From positions 1 through 42,166 of the IMG/VR virus record IMGVR_UViG_3300031912_000029: DNA of 42,166 nucleotides. One strand, given 5' to 3'. Position 1 is the stretch's first letter. Each line of letters opens with the position of its first letter. The translations under genes were made by a program, and so were the position numbers. Below are positions 8,550 to 17,882 of the stretch, one piece after another. The notes under the pieces were generated by a model, which saw only the letters and a program-made list of their open reading frames with translations, was not told the DNA's origin and did not search any database. This DNA comes from a virus. Taxonomy: Duplodnaviria; Caudoviricetes.

Positions 8550-9443
8550 CTAGGCTGCGGATGCGCTTGTTTGGCTGGTGCTCTTGCCATCTAAGTCTCC
8601 TTTCACTGCGGCAAAGTATTGGGCTAGCCCGGTTTCGACGGGGTAGCTGGTAGGCACGCGGAGGGGCGCAGTGTTTTTCAGAGCCACTATGCCCTTAGTC
8701 TTAGTGGTGAGCGTTAGCTTGCTCCCTACTAATTCGGTCATTAGGACTGAGTTGAAGTAACGGCCCACGCGAGGTGATAGGGCCGCTCCGATGGAGCTGG
8801 GGTAGCCGTGGGTTGGGCGCGGCTGAGGGGTGCCGCTCTGATCTAGGGTTTGAGGGGCGGACTTATCCTCTGCGTAGGTGATGTGACTGATAACTATGAC
8901 GTTGCAGCGGATCTGCTCGGCGTAGAGGGCCTGGAGTAGGCGCTCCACTAGGGCCTGGGCGCTGCCGATGTCCTTCATGCCTATGAAGCCCTCGGGGATC
9001 TGGCCCAGACGGCCGTTTATGGCCTGGTGGAAGTTCAGAGCTGCGAGGGAGAGGTAGGTCAGGCTATCTACCACGAGTACATCCCCTGGGGTCCAGGTTC
9101 CGATATTGCCAAGCGTCTGAACATCATTGATGCGCCATTCTGTGAGGATACGACCAACGCGATCCCACACAGTCGCAGCTGCGGGGACCCACCGACCTTG
9201 GACGTTACGCATCTTTTCCGTAATCGTCTGGACATCCACACGGGCTGCAGCCTCACGTGAGTACTTGGACTTGGGATCAACCAGTAGGTGTTTGAGAGCA
9301 TCAATGCCATTGTCGAGGTCCAGGATGCGGACGTTATAGCCAGCATCGGCTAGGGAGGCGAGTGAGCAGGTTTTGCCTGTACCAGACTCGCCGATCAGCA
9401 GCATCTTCACAACTCCACTGGCGGGGTGGTCTGTGATATTCAT
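8550..9443 (-). CDS. AAA_24/Sak4-like NTPase
   Basis: GESGTGKT, ILDLDNG, VVDSLT, VIVISH. Confidence 0.85.
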   Translation of the reverse strand: MNITDHPASGVVKMLLIGESGTGKTCSLASLADAGYNVRILDLDNGIDALKHLLVDPKSKYSREAAARVDVQTITEKMRNVQGRWVPAAATVWDRVGRILTEWRINDVQTLGNIGTWTPGDVLVVDSLTYLSLAALNFHQAINGRLGQIPEGFIGMKDIGSAQALVERLLQALYAEQIRCNVIVISHITYAEDKSAPQTLDQSGTPQPRPTHGYPSSIGAALSPRVGRYFNSVLMTELVGSKLTLTTKTKGIVALKNTAPLRVPTSYPVETGLAQYFAAVKGDLDGKSTSQTSASAA

Positions 9444-9590
9444 TTGGCGGGCTCCTCTCATGGTATTGTGGCTCCTCTCCCCTGAGAGTCTCCCAGGGGC
9501 TGTGTTGCGGCATGCTCGTTAGAAGAACTATGGCGGCGCTTCTTACCCAGCAGGCTTTGGCGTCACAGCTGTGCATAACCTGGAGGCAGC

Positions 9591-10529
9591 TCATATGTCG
9601 CCTCTTACCTGGAGGGGGTCCCAGGTGCGTTTGGTGAAGCTGTTCTCTAGCCATTGCTGGCGCTGCTCGGGTGGCAAGCTACAGATACCCTTGAAAGGGC
9701 AACCACCGTAGTTGTTGCAGCTCATTTCATTCATCGGCCAATACGCTTGGCGCGCGAAGAACTCGGCTTGGGCGAACCAGAAGCCGAGGCCTTTGTACCA
9801 CTCCTCGAGTTGCGACGTCGAGTATTCGATGAGACCCCGGTGGAAGCGGGTGAAGGTGACGGCGATTTGGGCTCCGTCAACAATGATCCCTTTAACTGGG
9901 ACGCTAAAAGTGAGGTTTGCACTGAGGCAGTATCCGGCGAATTGGTTGCTTGGAGAGAAGCCATCGATGAACCTCTGATCAACGAGATGGCGGGATGTTT
10001 TTCTGTCACATACGTATGTTCCGCCTTGGAATTGTCCGAGCCGATCCAGGTGACCACAGTAGAGAAATGATTCCCCTGTTCCGAGACTGCTATAGTCAGT
10101 CGCCCATCGGAAAGAAAGCTCAACTGCTGGTTTGCCTGACTTAAGCTTGACGGTTTCGATTGGGTCATTGCGGAACTCCTCTAAGTACCAGACGACGCTG
10201 CGGACTAGTGTCATTCTGTTCTTGTTGGGGTGCTCTGAATCCCAGGGCCGGTTGCGGGCGGCGTCCCAGGTGTCCGACAGAGCTTGGTTGACGGCCTCGA
10301 GTTGTGCCTCCTCGAAGGTGGCACCCTCGCAGCGGGCGTGGTCGTATCGCTCGAGGGCTTTGTGGTAGTGCTGGCCGAACGCGAGGTGGACGTTGGTGGT
10401 GCGGCCAGTGTAGCCCTCGATGATGGAGAGCTGGTAGTAGCGGGGGCACGTCTTCAGCGCGCCGAGGCTGGTGGAGTCCCAAGCTAGTTGGAGGTTTGGG
10501 AGCTTGGTTGAGAAGCTGCTATTTGACAC
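9591..10529 (-). CDS. PD-(D/E)XK (RecB/Cas4-like) exonuclease
   Basis: CPRYY, FGQHYH, GHLDR, DRKT, Q...Y, C-terminal C..YGGCPF..IC. Confidence 0.88.
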   Translation of the reverse strand: MSNSSFSTKLPNLQLAWDSTSLGALKTCPRYYQLSIIEGYTGRTTNVHLAFGQHYHKALERYDHARCEGATFEEAQLEAVNQALSDTWDAARNRPWDSEHPNKNRMTLVRSVVWYLEEFRNDPIETVKLKSGKPAVELSFRWATDYSSLGTGESFLYCGHLDRLGQFQGGTYVCDRKTSRHLVDQRFIDGFSPSNQFAGYCLSANLTFSVPVKGIIVDGAQIAVTFTRFHRGLIEYSTSQLEEWYKGLGFWFAQAEFFARQAYWPMNEMSCNNYGGCPFKGICSLPPEQRQQWLENSFTKRTWDPLQVRGDI

Positions 10530-10540
10530 GGCCTAGCTCC

Positions 10541-10753
10541 TCATGGCTTGGGCGCCAGTCCTAGCTCGGCGAGGGTAATGCCAGTCACACGGGTCGCGCG
10601 GCGCTTGCCATCGGCCTCGTCCTTGGCCCACAGCTCGCGGGCGGCGCGTTCGGCCTGGACAATGGCGCGGAGCCAGTCGTCGTTGGGGATGGGATAGGTT
10701 GACATGAGCTCGTCAATGGAAGAGGGGAGGGCTTCAGAGAGGGGGTCAGCCAT
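10541..10753 (-). CDS. hypothetical protein
   Basis: ORF in tightly packed operon. Confidence 0.6.
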   Translation of the reverse strand: MADPLSEALPSSIDELMSTYPIPNDDWLRAIVQAERAARELWAKDEADGKRRATRVTGITLAELGLAPKP

Positions 10754-10961
10754 GGGTTAAGTCCTTGAGGCTGGGGATGGGGGGTGGCTGATGGCCAAGA
10801 GCGGCCGCGTCTTCGATCTGGTCGAGCATGGCGCCGATAAGGAGACGCACAGCTTCGGAGCGCTTTATGCGCTGACCGAACAGCGCGTCTATGCGCTCTA
10901 GGTCACGCGGCGTGAGGTGGAGGTGGATGCGGACGAGAGTCTCGCTAGCTTTGCGGCCCAT
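10746..10961 (-). CDS. ribbon-helix-helix-like small DNA-binding protein
   Basis: RIHLHL strand followed by two helices (..RSEAVRLLI). Confidence 0.55.
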   Translation of the reverse strand: MGRKASETLVRIHLHLTPRDLERIDALFGQRIKRSEAVRLLIGAMLDQIEDAAALGHQPPPIPSLKDLTHG

Positions 10962-11235
10962 GGCCTTCGTTCCTCAGGGCATCGGCGCCCAGGTTGTCTA
11001 CGGAGCTGGCCCCAAGCCTGGTGAAGAGGTCCTCGGTGGGCGAGGGGCGAGGCTCATGCTTGACGTACTCGATGAGGGCGTCGGCTAAGCGCTCCATGGA
11101 TACGTGGGGGTGCGCGTGTACTAGAGCTAGGGCGATGGCCCATTTACGTAGCTCCTGGTTCGCTTGGGCCTCCTTGCGTTGGCGCTCGGTCTCCAGCGCT
11201 AGCTTGAGGTTCAGTCCTTCGGTTGTCTTTTCCAT
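10945..11235 (-). CDS. hypothetical protein
   Basis: ORF from ATG MEKTTEG, coiled-coil-like. Confidence 0.5.
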   Translation of the reverse strand: MEKTTEGLNLKLALETERQRKEAQANQELRKWAIALALVHAHPHVSMERLADALIEYVKHEPRPSPTEDLFTRLGASSVDNLGADALRNEGHGPQS

Positions 11236-11419
11236 TTGTGATCCATAGCTCGTTGTCGGCGGAGGTTCGGCGAAATGAGAGGTCGGCCAAGGCGGGTATC
11301 CCCGCCCTGGCACGGTAGAAGGCCTGGGTTGCTTGTTGGAAGTCGTTGACCTCCACCACCAGGCCGTAGGGCGATTCCAGGGCGCGGTGCAGGATGGCCC
11401 TGATTTCGTCGATGGTCAT
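11144..11419 (-). CDS. hypothetical protein
   Basis: ATGA overlap with upstream gene. Confidence 0.55.
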   Translation of the reverse strand: MTIDEIRAILHRALESPYGLVVEVNDFQQATQAFYRARAGIPALADLSFRRTSADNELWITNGKDNRRTEPQASAGDRAPTQGGPSEPGAT

Positions 11420-11982
11420 GCCTGGATGCCGTGGCCGGCGCGAAGGGCGCTGATATTGAGCGTGGTGTCAACGTAGTCACGCTTGGACTCGACCCGCCTC
11501 TTGGCCTCAGGGTAGTAGTTGTCAGGCTGCCCGCGGAGGAGCTGGTTGGCAAGGGAATCCGTCTCTTCGGCCTTGAGGCTGATCCCCTCTCGGGCACAGG
11601 CGGCGCGGATGGACTCCTTGGCCATCTTGAGAGCTTCGCGCTCGACGGGGTCGATGGGGCCTCGGCCGGCGCGGCGCTCACTGAAGACGTACTGCTCGGC
11701 GTAGGATGCGAACTTCTCGCGGAGGGCTTCGAGGTCCAGGTCTTGGCCGTTTGCGGCGGCTGTGTCCTGGGCCTTCTTAACGTGAGGCGCGAAGTTGTTG
11801 CGGAGGTTCTGGCTGAGGGTCTGGTTGAGGACGCTCGCCTCGACGGCGTTGCAGGTGTGGCCCTCAGTGTAGGGGGTAGGGACTGGGAAGGTGACGTCAC
11901 CTATGGAGATGGTCTTGTTGGTGGGTGCGGAGTCTGGAGCGTCAAGCTGGGCCTCCGGCCCGTTCTTATGCTTACGTGCCAT
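11416..11982 (-). CDS. helical phage protein, first gene of the replication operon
   Basis: Clean ORF downstream of a strong promoter. Confidence 0.75.
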   Translation of the reverse strand: MARKHKNGPEAQLDAPDSAPTNKTISIGDVTFPVPTPYTEGHTCNAVEASVLNQTLSQNLRNNFAPHVKKAQDTAAANGQDLDLEALREKFASYAEQYVFSERRAGRGPIDPVEREALKMAKESIRAACAREGISLKAEETDSLANQLLRGQPDNYYPEAKRRVESKRDYVDTTLNISALRAGHGIQA

Positions 11983-12035
11983 TTGGACTGTTCCTATGTT
12001 GCTGGATGGCGCGGATTGCGCCGGTAGGAGTTCGC

Positions 12036-12064
12036 ATAGTAATGGGCGGATGTGGTGATGTCAA
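12036..12064 (-). promoter_or_regulatory. sigma70-type promoter
   Basis: TTGACA-N17-TACTAT on minus strand. Confidence 0.75.
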
Positions 12065-12104
12065 CTGAGCACATCGTTTGGTTTCCAAACGGTGGGCCCA
12101 GCTC
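12064..12104. repeat. dispersed palindromic element copy 1
   Basis: CGTTTGG-TTT-CCAAACG core; also at 20127-20168 and 42093-42133. Confidence 0.85.
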
Positions 12105-12471
12105 AGGCTCCATCGTCCTCGTCAATTAGACCCATGCGGACTAACCACGCGTGGTCGCTTTCTTTGGGTTTGCCTTTGATCTTACTCGTAAGCTTGGGTT
12201 CGGCCACGGGACCGCCATAGCTGAACCATTCCCTGCAGCAGGCTTCGGGGTCGCTTTCCCACTGCGTGAGCATGGAGGCGACCTGGCTCCAGGGTACGTC
12301 TATGTGGTGCGGGCGGTAGCTAGTGCCGTGGGCGAGGAGGAAAATCATAAACCTCCAGCGCCCTGTTTCTAGGGGGTGCAGGTAGATGGTCGGCGCTGCA
12401 CCCCCACTCAAGAGGCAGGGCATGCCGTTGCCCAGCTTTGGCCTCGATGGGTCATGTAGATGCATGTTCAT
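12103..12471 (-). CDS. hypothetical protein
   Basis: ATGA overlap at 12468-12471. Confidence 0.6.
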   Translation of the reverse strand: MNMHLHDPSRPKLGNGMPCLLSGGAAPTIYLHPLETGRWRFMIFLLAHGTSYRPHHIDVPWSQVASMLTQWESDPEACCREWFSYGGPVAEPKLTSKIKGKPKESDHAWLVRMGLIDEDDGA

Positions 12472-12725
12472 GCTTGCCCTCGTTGAGGTTGGTTGGATGC
12501 GTAATGGACCCAGCCCACGTGAGGCGCGGGGAAGTCCTCGGACCTGGTATAGTACCAGGCCATGGTTAGGATGTAGATGAGGGCTAGAGTGATCCACCAG
12601 AGTCTTCTTCTGAAGTGTCTTTGGGCTAAGGTTGTGCCCCTGGGGGGCCAGATGTAGTGCCAGACAGAGAGCCAGAGGTAACCTGCGACTAGCCCGAGGA
12701 TTACTGCCGCGATGAGTATGATCAT
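12468..12725 (-). CDS. two-TM membrane protein
   Basis: Two hydrophobic stretches flanking a basic loop. Confidence 0.65.
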   Translation of the reverse strand: MIILIAAVILGLVAGYLWLSVWHYIWPPRGTTLAQRHFRRRLWWITLALIYILTMAWYYTRSEDFPAPHVGWVHYASNQPQRGQA

Positions 12726-12991
12726 GGCGCTGGTCCGGCGGCGCGCGCTTGGCGCTCCAGGCCCGCCTCATCGAGGCCGTAGTGGAAGGCGATGCTGAAG
12801 GCAGCCCAGGCGGCCATGTAGGCCGCCTCCATGCTGGGGCCATAGCGGCGCACGTAGAGGTAGGTATCGGAGTCCTCAGAGTCTCCGTAGCGGATGCCAC
12901 AGAGCCAGTAGTCATCGCGTTTGGCCGCGAAGCTGATGCCTACGTCGGGCAGCTTCAGGGTGGAGTCTATGTGTTTGAGGAAGTCTTTCAT
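12722..12991 (-). CDS. hypothetical protein
   Basis: ATGA overlaps at both ends. Confidence 0.6.
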   Translation of the reverse strand: MKDFLKHIDSTLKLPDVGISFAAKRDDYWLCGIRYGDSEDSDTYLYVRRYGPSMEAAYMAAWAAFSIAFHYGLDEAGLERQARAAGPAP

Positions 12992-13377
12992 TCTGCTGCC
13001 TCCTTGGGTGCGGGTTGGTGGCTGAGGTTGACGCCGGGGCCGCCTGTAGCCATGATGTGGAATAGACAGGAAGCGGTGCCGCTCTCCAGGTAGGGATGGA
13101 CTTTGTCTGTGTGGTGGCGGCTGACATAGCCGAGTTGAATGTGGGGGCCTTCGGCGAGATGGCCCGCGTCGAAGCCGTAGGACTGGAGTTCATTGTCCCA
13201 TTTCATCCACTCGGATGTTTCGATGGTCTCCGGGTCTAGGTAGACAGCAATGGCATGGGGATCGAACTCATTCTCCGGCTCGGCCACAAGGAGGAGGGGG
13301 TGGCCTGGTTGTAGGTTGCCTGTGATGGCCTTGGCGGGGGGTCGGTAGTGCATACCGACGAGGGGGACTATTGTCAT
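12988..13377 (-). CDS. HIRAN domain protein
   Basis: VGMHYR...LVAEPENEFDPHAIAVY...LGYV. Confidence 0.8.
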   Translation of the reverse strand: MTIVPLVGMHYRPPAKAITGNLQPGHPLLLVAEPENEFDPHAIAVYLDPETIETSEWMKWDNELQSYGFDAGHLAEGPHIQLGYVSRHHTDKVHPYLESGTASCLFHIMATGGPGVNLSHQPAPKEAAE

Positions 13378-13616
13378 GACTTGTCTGGCTCCTTTGTTTC
13401 GTCCTCGACGAGGGGCCCCCAGTTGTTGTCGCACCACTGGGAGATATTCTCGAGGTCCGACTGGATGTTGGAGACCTCGACGGAGATGTTGGCGAGGGCC
13501 AGCGCGATGAGGATCTTAGTTTTGTCCTCTCCGCTGGTTAAGACGTGCTCCCAGATGTGCTGGACCTCTTTGGAGAGCTGGCCTATTGCGTTCTCTATGC
13601 TTAGGGGCTTGGTCAT
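13374..13616 (-). CDS. hypothetical protein
   Basis: ORF with SD, ATGA overlap. Confidence 0.55.
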   Translation of the reverse strand: MTKPLSIENAIGQLSKEVQHIWEHVLTSGEDKTKILIALALANISVEVSNIQSDLENISQWCDNNWGPLVEDETKEPDKS

Positions 13617-13625
13617 GGTCGGCTC

Positions 13626-13970
13626 CTACTTAACAACTCTAAGCTTGGGAAGGCCTTTGAACTCAGTCTTGAGGTCGTTGCGGCGCGCAGCTACGTTGGA
13701 GTGGCGTGCGTCGTCGTCTGGGTTGCGCCACTTGGCCATAGTGCGGCGAACGGCGAACTGGGGGTAGGCATCTAGGACGTCCTGCTTGCTGCGGCAGTAA
13801 CGAACGAACCGGCCGTTGGGCACGGACCAGATACCCCAGAGGGGGTCGCGGCCCGCCACGAGGCAGGAAGCGTAGTAGATGGCCCGAAGCTTGTTGGTTT
13901 TGGCGTCCACCTGGCACAATGCGAGGAGGGACTTGAAGGCTAGGACTGAGCTGAGGTTATGATTTGGCAT
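13626..13970 (-). CDS. hypothetical basic protein
   Basis: ATG with AAGGAA SD. Confidence 0.55.
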   Translation of the reverse strand: MPNHNLSSVLAFKSLLALCQVDAKTNKLRAIYYASCLVAGRDPLWGIWSVPNGRFVRYCRSKQDVLDAYPQFAVRRTMAKWRNPDDDARHSNVAARRNDLKTEFKGLPKLRVVK

Positions 13971-14604
13971 GGTTAGGTTCCTTTGCAACTGGGACTTGGT
14001 AGTCTGGGGTGATGCGGCCGTCGCGACGCAGCACACGGATGGTGGAGCTGGCGTGAGACCTGGTGACACCTAGCTTCATAGCTACCTTCATGAGGTCGGA
14101 CCAGCCGCAGCCTGGGTTGGAGGCTACATGGTTGACCATGGACTCGCGGATCATGTCCATACGGGCTGCGGCAGCTCGCCTGGCTGGTCGCAGGGTGTCG
14201 AGGGGCGTGCCTGCAGCTTGATAGATGCCGTCGGTTTTGGTGACTAGGCCGCTGTCCACGAGGCCGGAGATGATGCGGTGGGTGAAGGACTTGGAACGGC
14301 CCCGGCTCGTGCCGAAGGTCATCACACCAGCCCAGCGTGAAGGAAGGAGGAGGAACTCAGTTAGGCCGTTGCGGAACTCTGTGACTTCGGCTGGAGTCAT
14401 GCGTGTGTATGAGTAGCGGTGAGCTTTGGTGCGCTTGGGCACGGGCAGCGCGGCTATGACCTGGGCGCGAACGCTCTGGGGTCTAGCCTCCGGTTGGTAG
14501 TTTGCGGGGCCTAGATGCCAGTCGCGCACTCGGCCCGGCATTGCGTTTAGCAGCGGTAGTATGTCGTGGGGGTCGCCCTCCACTATGAGACGGACTCGGG
14601 TCAT
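13957..14604 (-). CDS. putative winged-helix DNA-binding protein
   Basis: Two wHTH-like segments (IISGLVDSGLVTK; ASSTIRVLRRDGRI). Confidence 0.5.
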   Translation of the reverse strand: MTRVRLIVEGDPHDILPLLNAMPGRVRDWHLGPANYQPEARPQSVRAQVIAALPVPKRTKAHRYSYTRMTPAEVTEFRNGLTEFLLLPSRWAGVMTFGTSRGRSKSFTHRIISGLVDSGLVTKTDGIYQAAGTPLDTLRPARRAAAARMDMIRESMVNHVASNPGCGWSDLMKVAMKLGVTRSHASSTIRVLRRDGRITPDYQVPVAKEPNHAKS

Positions 14605-14875
14605 TTTGCAACTCCTTTGGTGTAGTGCCTAGGATGGCGCGAATGCGCTCAGGTGGGCGGTGGAAGAAACGGCCCAGCTGATGGATGGTCCAATTAGGCA
14701 GTCCTTTATGGACGCGTCTGACTGCGTCGTAACGGGCTATCAGAATGTAGCGCGAGGTTCGGGTGCCCAGGAGAGCGTCAATGTTTGTGGCATAATCCTG
14801 GGCACAAAGCTCTAGGATTTGACGCGCAAGCTGGGCTTCGCCCGCCTCTGCTAGTGTTGTCGGGTCGATTGCCAT
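14483..14875 (-). CDS. DnaA C-terminal-like HTH protein
   Basis: ILELCA...LLG.R.....ARYDAV.......WTIHQLGRFFHR pattern. Confidence 0.65.
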   Translation of the reverse strand: MAIDPTTLAEAGEAQLARQILELCAQDYATNIDALLGTRTSRYILIARYDAVRRVHKGLPNWTIHQLGRFFHRPPERIRAILGTTPKELQNDPSPSHSGGRPPRHTTAAKRNAGPSARLASRPRKLPTGG

Positions 14876-14951
14876 GGCTCTTAGCCCTCATCTGAGGCTC
14901 CCTCTCGCACTGGCTGAGCCTGGGGGCGGGATGCCCCCAGGTAGGTGGTGG

Positions 14952-15140
14952 TCAACGGCGCCCCTGGATGTAGGCGGCGCGGCCTTCGGGGCTGCAGTAG
15001 CAGTCCTCGACGCGCTCGGCGGCGCGCTGGCGGTTGGCCTCCAGCTCGCGGAGGTTGGTCTCGACCATAGCGGCCACGGCTTTGGCGGCGGCCGCGGCGG
15101 CCTCGGCCTTGGCCGCGAGTCTTGCTTCAAGATCGGACAT
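14952..15140 (-). CDS. small Ala-rich helical protein
   Basis: ATG with AAGGAG SD. Confidence 0.55.
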   Translation of the reverse strand: MSDLEARLAAKAEAAAAAAKAVAAMVETNLRELEANRQRAAERVEDCYCSPEGRAAYIQGRR

Positions 15141-15217
15141 TTGCAGTCTCCTTTCTTGTTGGAGCGGGAGTGCTCCCAGTGAGGCGGGCTGAAGCCCGCC
15201 TCCTAAGCAGCACTCGC

Positions 15218-15478
15218 TTAGTATGGTGGCTCCTCTGAGGTTGCGCGCGGTGCGCGGGTCATGATTAGGAGGTAGTTGCAGCCACGGCGGCGGATGTCCG
15301 TGAGCTGGCCGCAGGCTTTGCACTCGCCGTGGGTGTAGAACTGGTTAGGAGTGGACATGGTTTGGCGAATGCCGCAGTGGTCGCAGGTCCACTTCTGGTG
15401 GATAGTGTGGCCCGCGCGGTGCAGCTTGTAGGCGGCTGCGGCGGTTTCGTCGAAGGGGAAGTCTCGCGCTTCAGTCAT
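15218..15478 (-). CDS. zinc-ribbon protein
   Basis: CDHC...CKAC. Confidence 0.6.
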   Translation of the reverse strand: MTEARDFPFDETAAAAYKLHRAGHTIHQKWTCDHCGIRQTMSTPNQFYTHGECKACGQLTDIRRRGCNYLLIMTRAPRATSEEPPY

Positions 15479-15869
15479 AGAAGAACCAGTTCCATTGGTC
15501 GCGGATGAAGCCCGCAATTTTGGGGAGACTGTAGCCGTCGCTGTCGTTCATGGCGATGATGCCTGAGGCGTTTTTGATGGCATAGAAGTCACAGATGGGA
15601 TCGGCGTTGTTGTTGTTGCCGTCGTCGTCTTCCAGCTCGGAGGGGCTGAAGCCGGCGGTTAGGGCTGCGGCGCCAAGGGCGCAGACCATGAAGCGGCCGC
15701 TATTGGTCGCCTCGATGAGGTGGTAGCGTATCTGGCGGTAGCGGCCTTGCTCCATGTCGCGGAGCCAGGCGAGGCGGTAGCGGTTACGCATAGCCCTAGG
15801 GGACTCCAGTAGGGCGATGGGGGCGGTGTAGTTGGGAACGTTGGCTGATAGCTCTTTGAAGTGTTTCAT
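15471..15869 (-). CDS. hypothetical protein
   Basis: CALG...MNDSDGYSLPKIAGFI; AAGGAG SD. Confidence 0.65.
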   Translation of the reverse strand: MKHFKELSANVPNYTAPIALLESPRAMRNRYRLAWLRDMEQGRYRQIRYHLIEATNSGRFMVCALGAAALTAGFSPSELEDDDGNNNNADPICDFYAIKNASGIIAMNDSDGYSLPKIAGFIRDQWNWFFYD

Positions 15870-16117
15870 GGTGTGCTCCTTGTGCGGTGGGCTGCAATGC
15901 CTTGGCTCTGCTTGATGGAGGCGAGTTTCATGAAGCGGTGAGCCTGGTCGAGAGAGGCGAGGGCGAGGAGGTAGAACTGCTCGCTCTCGGGGTCTGAGCC
16001 GGCGTCATCTATGCCGCAGAGCATACGCATGCGGGTGGCGTCGAGCTCGTGCGCGTAGTCGCGCAGCACCTCGGGCGTGTAGTGATGGAGGTCGTCGTCG
16101 GTGTTGGTCGGGCTCAT
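15866..16117 (-). CDS. hypothetical protein
   Basis: GAGGAGG SD, ATGA overlaps. Confidence 0.6.
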   Translation of the reverse strand: MSPTNTDDDLHHYTPEVLRDYAHELDATRMRMLCGIDDAGSDPESEQFYLLALASLDQAHRFMKLASIKQSQGIAAHRTRSTP

Positions 16118-16323
16118 TCGTAGTCCTCCTCGTCTGTTGGCTCGAGGGCCCAGTAGTTTGGGTCGGTGAGCACATCCGGGCGGTAGTGGCTGAGCTTGCG
16201 CTTGCGGCACTTGTTGCAGGCGCGGCAAAGCTCGATGCCGCGCGCGTCGTATTCCCAGTAGGATGGGAGGCCTGAGCCGCAATCGCACAGGCGGACGTAA
16301 GGGTTGGTGTGGGGGAGAGTCAT
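16114..16323 (-). CDS. small zinc-binding protein
   Basis: CDCGSG...CNKC. Confidence 0.6.
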   Translation of the reverse strand: MTLPHTNPYVRLCDCGSGLPSYWEYDARGIELCRACNKCRKRKLSHYRPDVLTDPNYWALEPTDEEDYE

Positions 16324-16343
16324 TGGTAGGGTGCTCCTTGGTG

Positions 16344-16547
16344 TTAGGGATGTTGGCTGATCTCTATCTCCTCTACGCGCCAGATAGAGATGGGCCGGTT
16401 TGGATGCTCGTGCAGGTAGACTTGCATCCAAGCTTGTGCCTCTTCAAGCGAGCGTAGGCGTTTCATGACTAAGCGCTCTGAGTTGGCTTTGCCGGAGACA
16501 GTGTGCTTCACGGCGTAGTGGGTTAAGTGCTGCGCTCTTGGAGTCAT
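16344..16547 (-). CDS. hypothetical protein
   Basis: AAGGAG SD before MTPRAQ. Confidence 0.5.
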   Translation of the reverse strand: MTPRAQHLTHYAVKHTVSGKANSERLVMKRLRSLEEAQAWMQVYLHEHPNRPISIWRVEEIEISQHP

Positions 16548-16741
16548 TGGGCTTGGCTCCTTTCGGTTGGGGTGGCGCGCCCGTAGAGCTTGATGAAGCA
16601 TGGCTCGCATACTATGACACAGCGCGACGGCCGCCAGTGGGGGCCGAAGCGACGATGGAGCTCGGCGACGGCTTGGTCGTCAGTCCAGTCGCTTCGGCAC
16701 TTGTTTTGGCAACAGTCGCAGATGTAGATGCGAGTTGGCAT
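16544..16741 (-). CDS. small zinc-finger protein
   Basis: CDCC...CEPC; AAGGAG SD. Confidence 0.55.
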   Translation of the reverse strand: MPTRIYICDCCQNKCRSDWTDDQAVAELHRRFGPHWRPSRCVIVCEPCFIKLYGRATPTERSQAQ

Positions 16742-16959
16742 ACTTGGGGCTCCTTGAGGGTTTGGGCTAGTTGGTTGGCGCGCCAATACCATACGGCGAG
16801 CTGGGTGCGGTTCTGCAGGGCCAGAGTCTTGAGTATGGATTTGACGTGGACCTTGACGGTAGACACGCTGATTGACAGCGTGGTAGCTATCTGGTGGTTG
16901 GTTGAGCCCTTGAAGACAAGGGCTGCTATTTGCAGCTCGCGCCGCGTTAGGTTTCGCAT
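16612..16959 (-). CDS. stand-alone LuxR/NarL-type HTH regulator
   Basis: LTRRELQIAALVFKGSTNHQIATTLSISVSTVKVHVKSILKTL..NRTQLA. Confidence 0.88.
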   Translation of the reverse strand: MRNLTRRELQIAALVFKGSTNHQIATTLSISVSTVKVHVKSILKTLALQNRTQLAVWYWRANQLAQTLKEPQVCQLASTSATVAKTSAEATGLTTKPSPSSIVASAPTGGRRAVS

Positions 16960-16996
16960 GTGGGCTTAGGTCTCCAGGTTTCTATCAGTGGGCCCC

Positions 16997-17026
16997 ATAG
17001 TGTTACTCGTAAGCTTCACATGTCAA
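16997..17026 (-). promoter_or_regulatory. sigma70-type promoter
   Basis: TTGACA-N18-CACTAT upstream of LuxR gene. Confidence 0.55.
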
Positions 17027-17035
17027 CTCGTTTGA

Positions 17036-17287
17036 TTAGCTAACCCTGGGTAGGCGGCGCATCTTGTGTGGTGCGCCATTTGCTTTACAGATCATTGTGT
17101 CATTCTTGTAGCGGATATTGACTTCGTAGCCAGCCTTATCAGCGTCCTCCTTATTGATGTAGGTTCCATCTCGATGGAAGAGGCTGCGCACGCGGAAGTC
17201 TTTACCCTCGTTCCAGTCCTGTTGGGCAGCTTTGGCACTCTTGTAGTCTCGGCCGTATGCGCCGCTGACAGTTAGGTATGTTGTCAT
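17036..17287 (-). CDS. hypothetical early protein
   Basis: AYGRDYKSAKAAQQDWNEGKDF; SD present. Confidence 0.65.
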   Translation of the reverse strand: MTTYLTVSGAYGRDYKSAKAAQQDWNEGKDFRVRSLFHRDGTYINKEDADKAGYEVNIRYKNDTMICKANGAPHKMRRLPRVS

Positions 17288-17324
17288 CACATTGGCTCCT
17301 TGCTTGGAGTGTTGGTAGGCGGCT

Positions 17325-17645
17325 TCAGTGGCTCCGAAGGTGTTGGCGGAGGTGGCCCGCACAGACAAGCTTGCCACAATGGTTGCAGCCGGCTAGGACT
17401 CGGCGCTCTTTCTTGTAGTGGCGCTTAGCCTCGCCCCGCTTGAAGATGTAGACTAGAGTGTCCCCGATGTGCCTGACTCCTTCAAAGTCAGGTGGGATGG
17501 GAGACTTGAGGCCAAAGGCTGCGAGGATGTCGGCGTTGTCCATCTGCTTGATGTAGGGGCCATACTTAGTCTCGACCTCGTGGACGAGGTTATGGCCGGG
17601 CTGGTAGAGTAGAGGTCGCTGTTTGCGGTTGATCATGTCCTGCAC
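17325..17645 (-). CDS. C-terminal C2H2 zinc-finger protein
   Basis: CNHCGK.VCAGHLRQH.RSH. Confidence 0.6.
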   Translation of the reverse strand: MQDMINRKQRPLLYQPGHNLVHEVETKYGPYIKQMDNADILAAFGLKSPIPPDFEGVRHIGDTLVYIFKRGEAKRHYKKERRVLAGCNHCGKLVCAGHLRQHLRSH

Positions 17646-17818
17646 CGTCGCAAAACGATATGTCCAATGTAAGAGAGCTCTTCGGCCATATCGTCGATGT
17701 CCGTTAGGTATTTGTGCTCGGCTTCGCCGTTGGCGACTGCATCAAGATACCAGCGCTTGATTTGAGCCTCAGAAACCCAGCGCGCCTCTGGGTAGATGAT
17801 CTCATAGCCTTGCTGCAT
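17633..17818 (-). CDS. hypothetical protein
   Basis: ORF with SD. Confidence 0.55.
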   Translation of the reverse strand: MQQGYEIIYPEARWVSEAQIKRWYLDAVANGEAEHKYLTDIDDMAEELSYIGHIVLRRCRT

Positions 17819-17882
17819 AACTTTTCCCTTTCGTGATGCTAACTGGAAACCGCGTGCCCTACACGCGGTCTGCGCTTAGCAC

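Noticed and set aside
9591-10529. CRISPR-Cas system from the Cas4-like nuclease
   Set aside because: No array or other cas genes; the context is a standard nuclease, NTPase and SSB recombination module.
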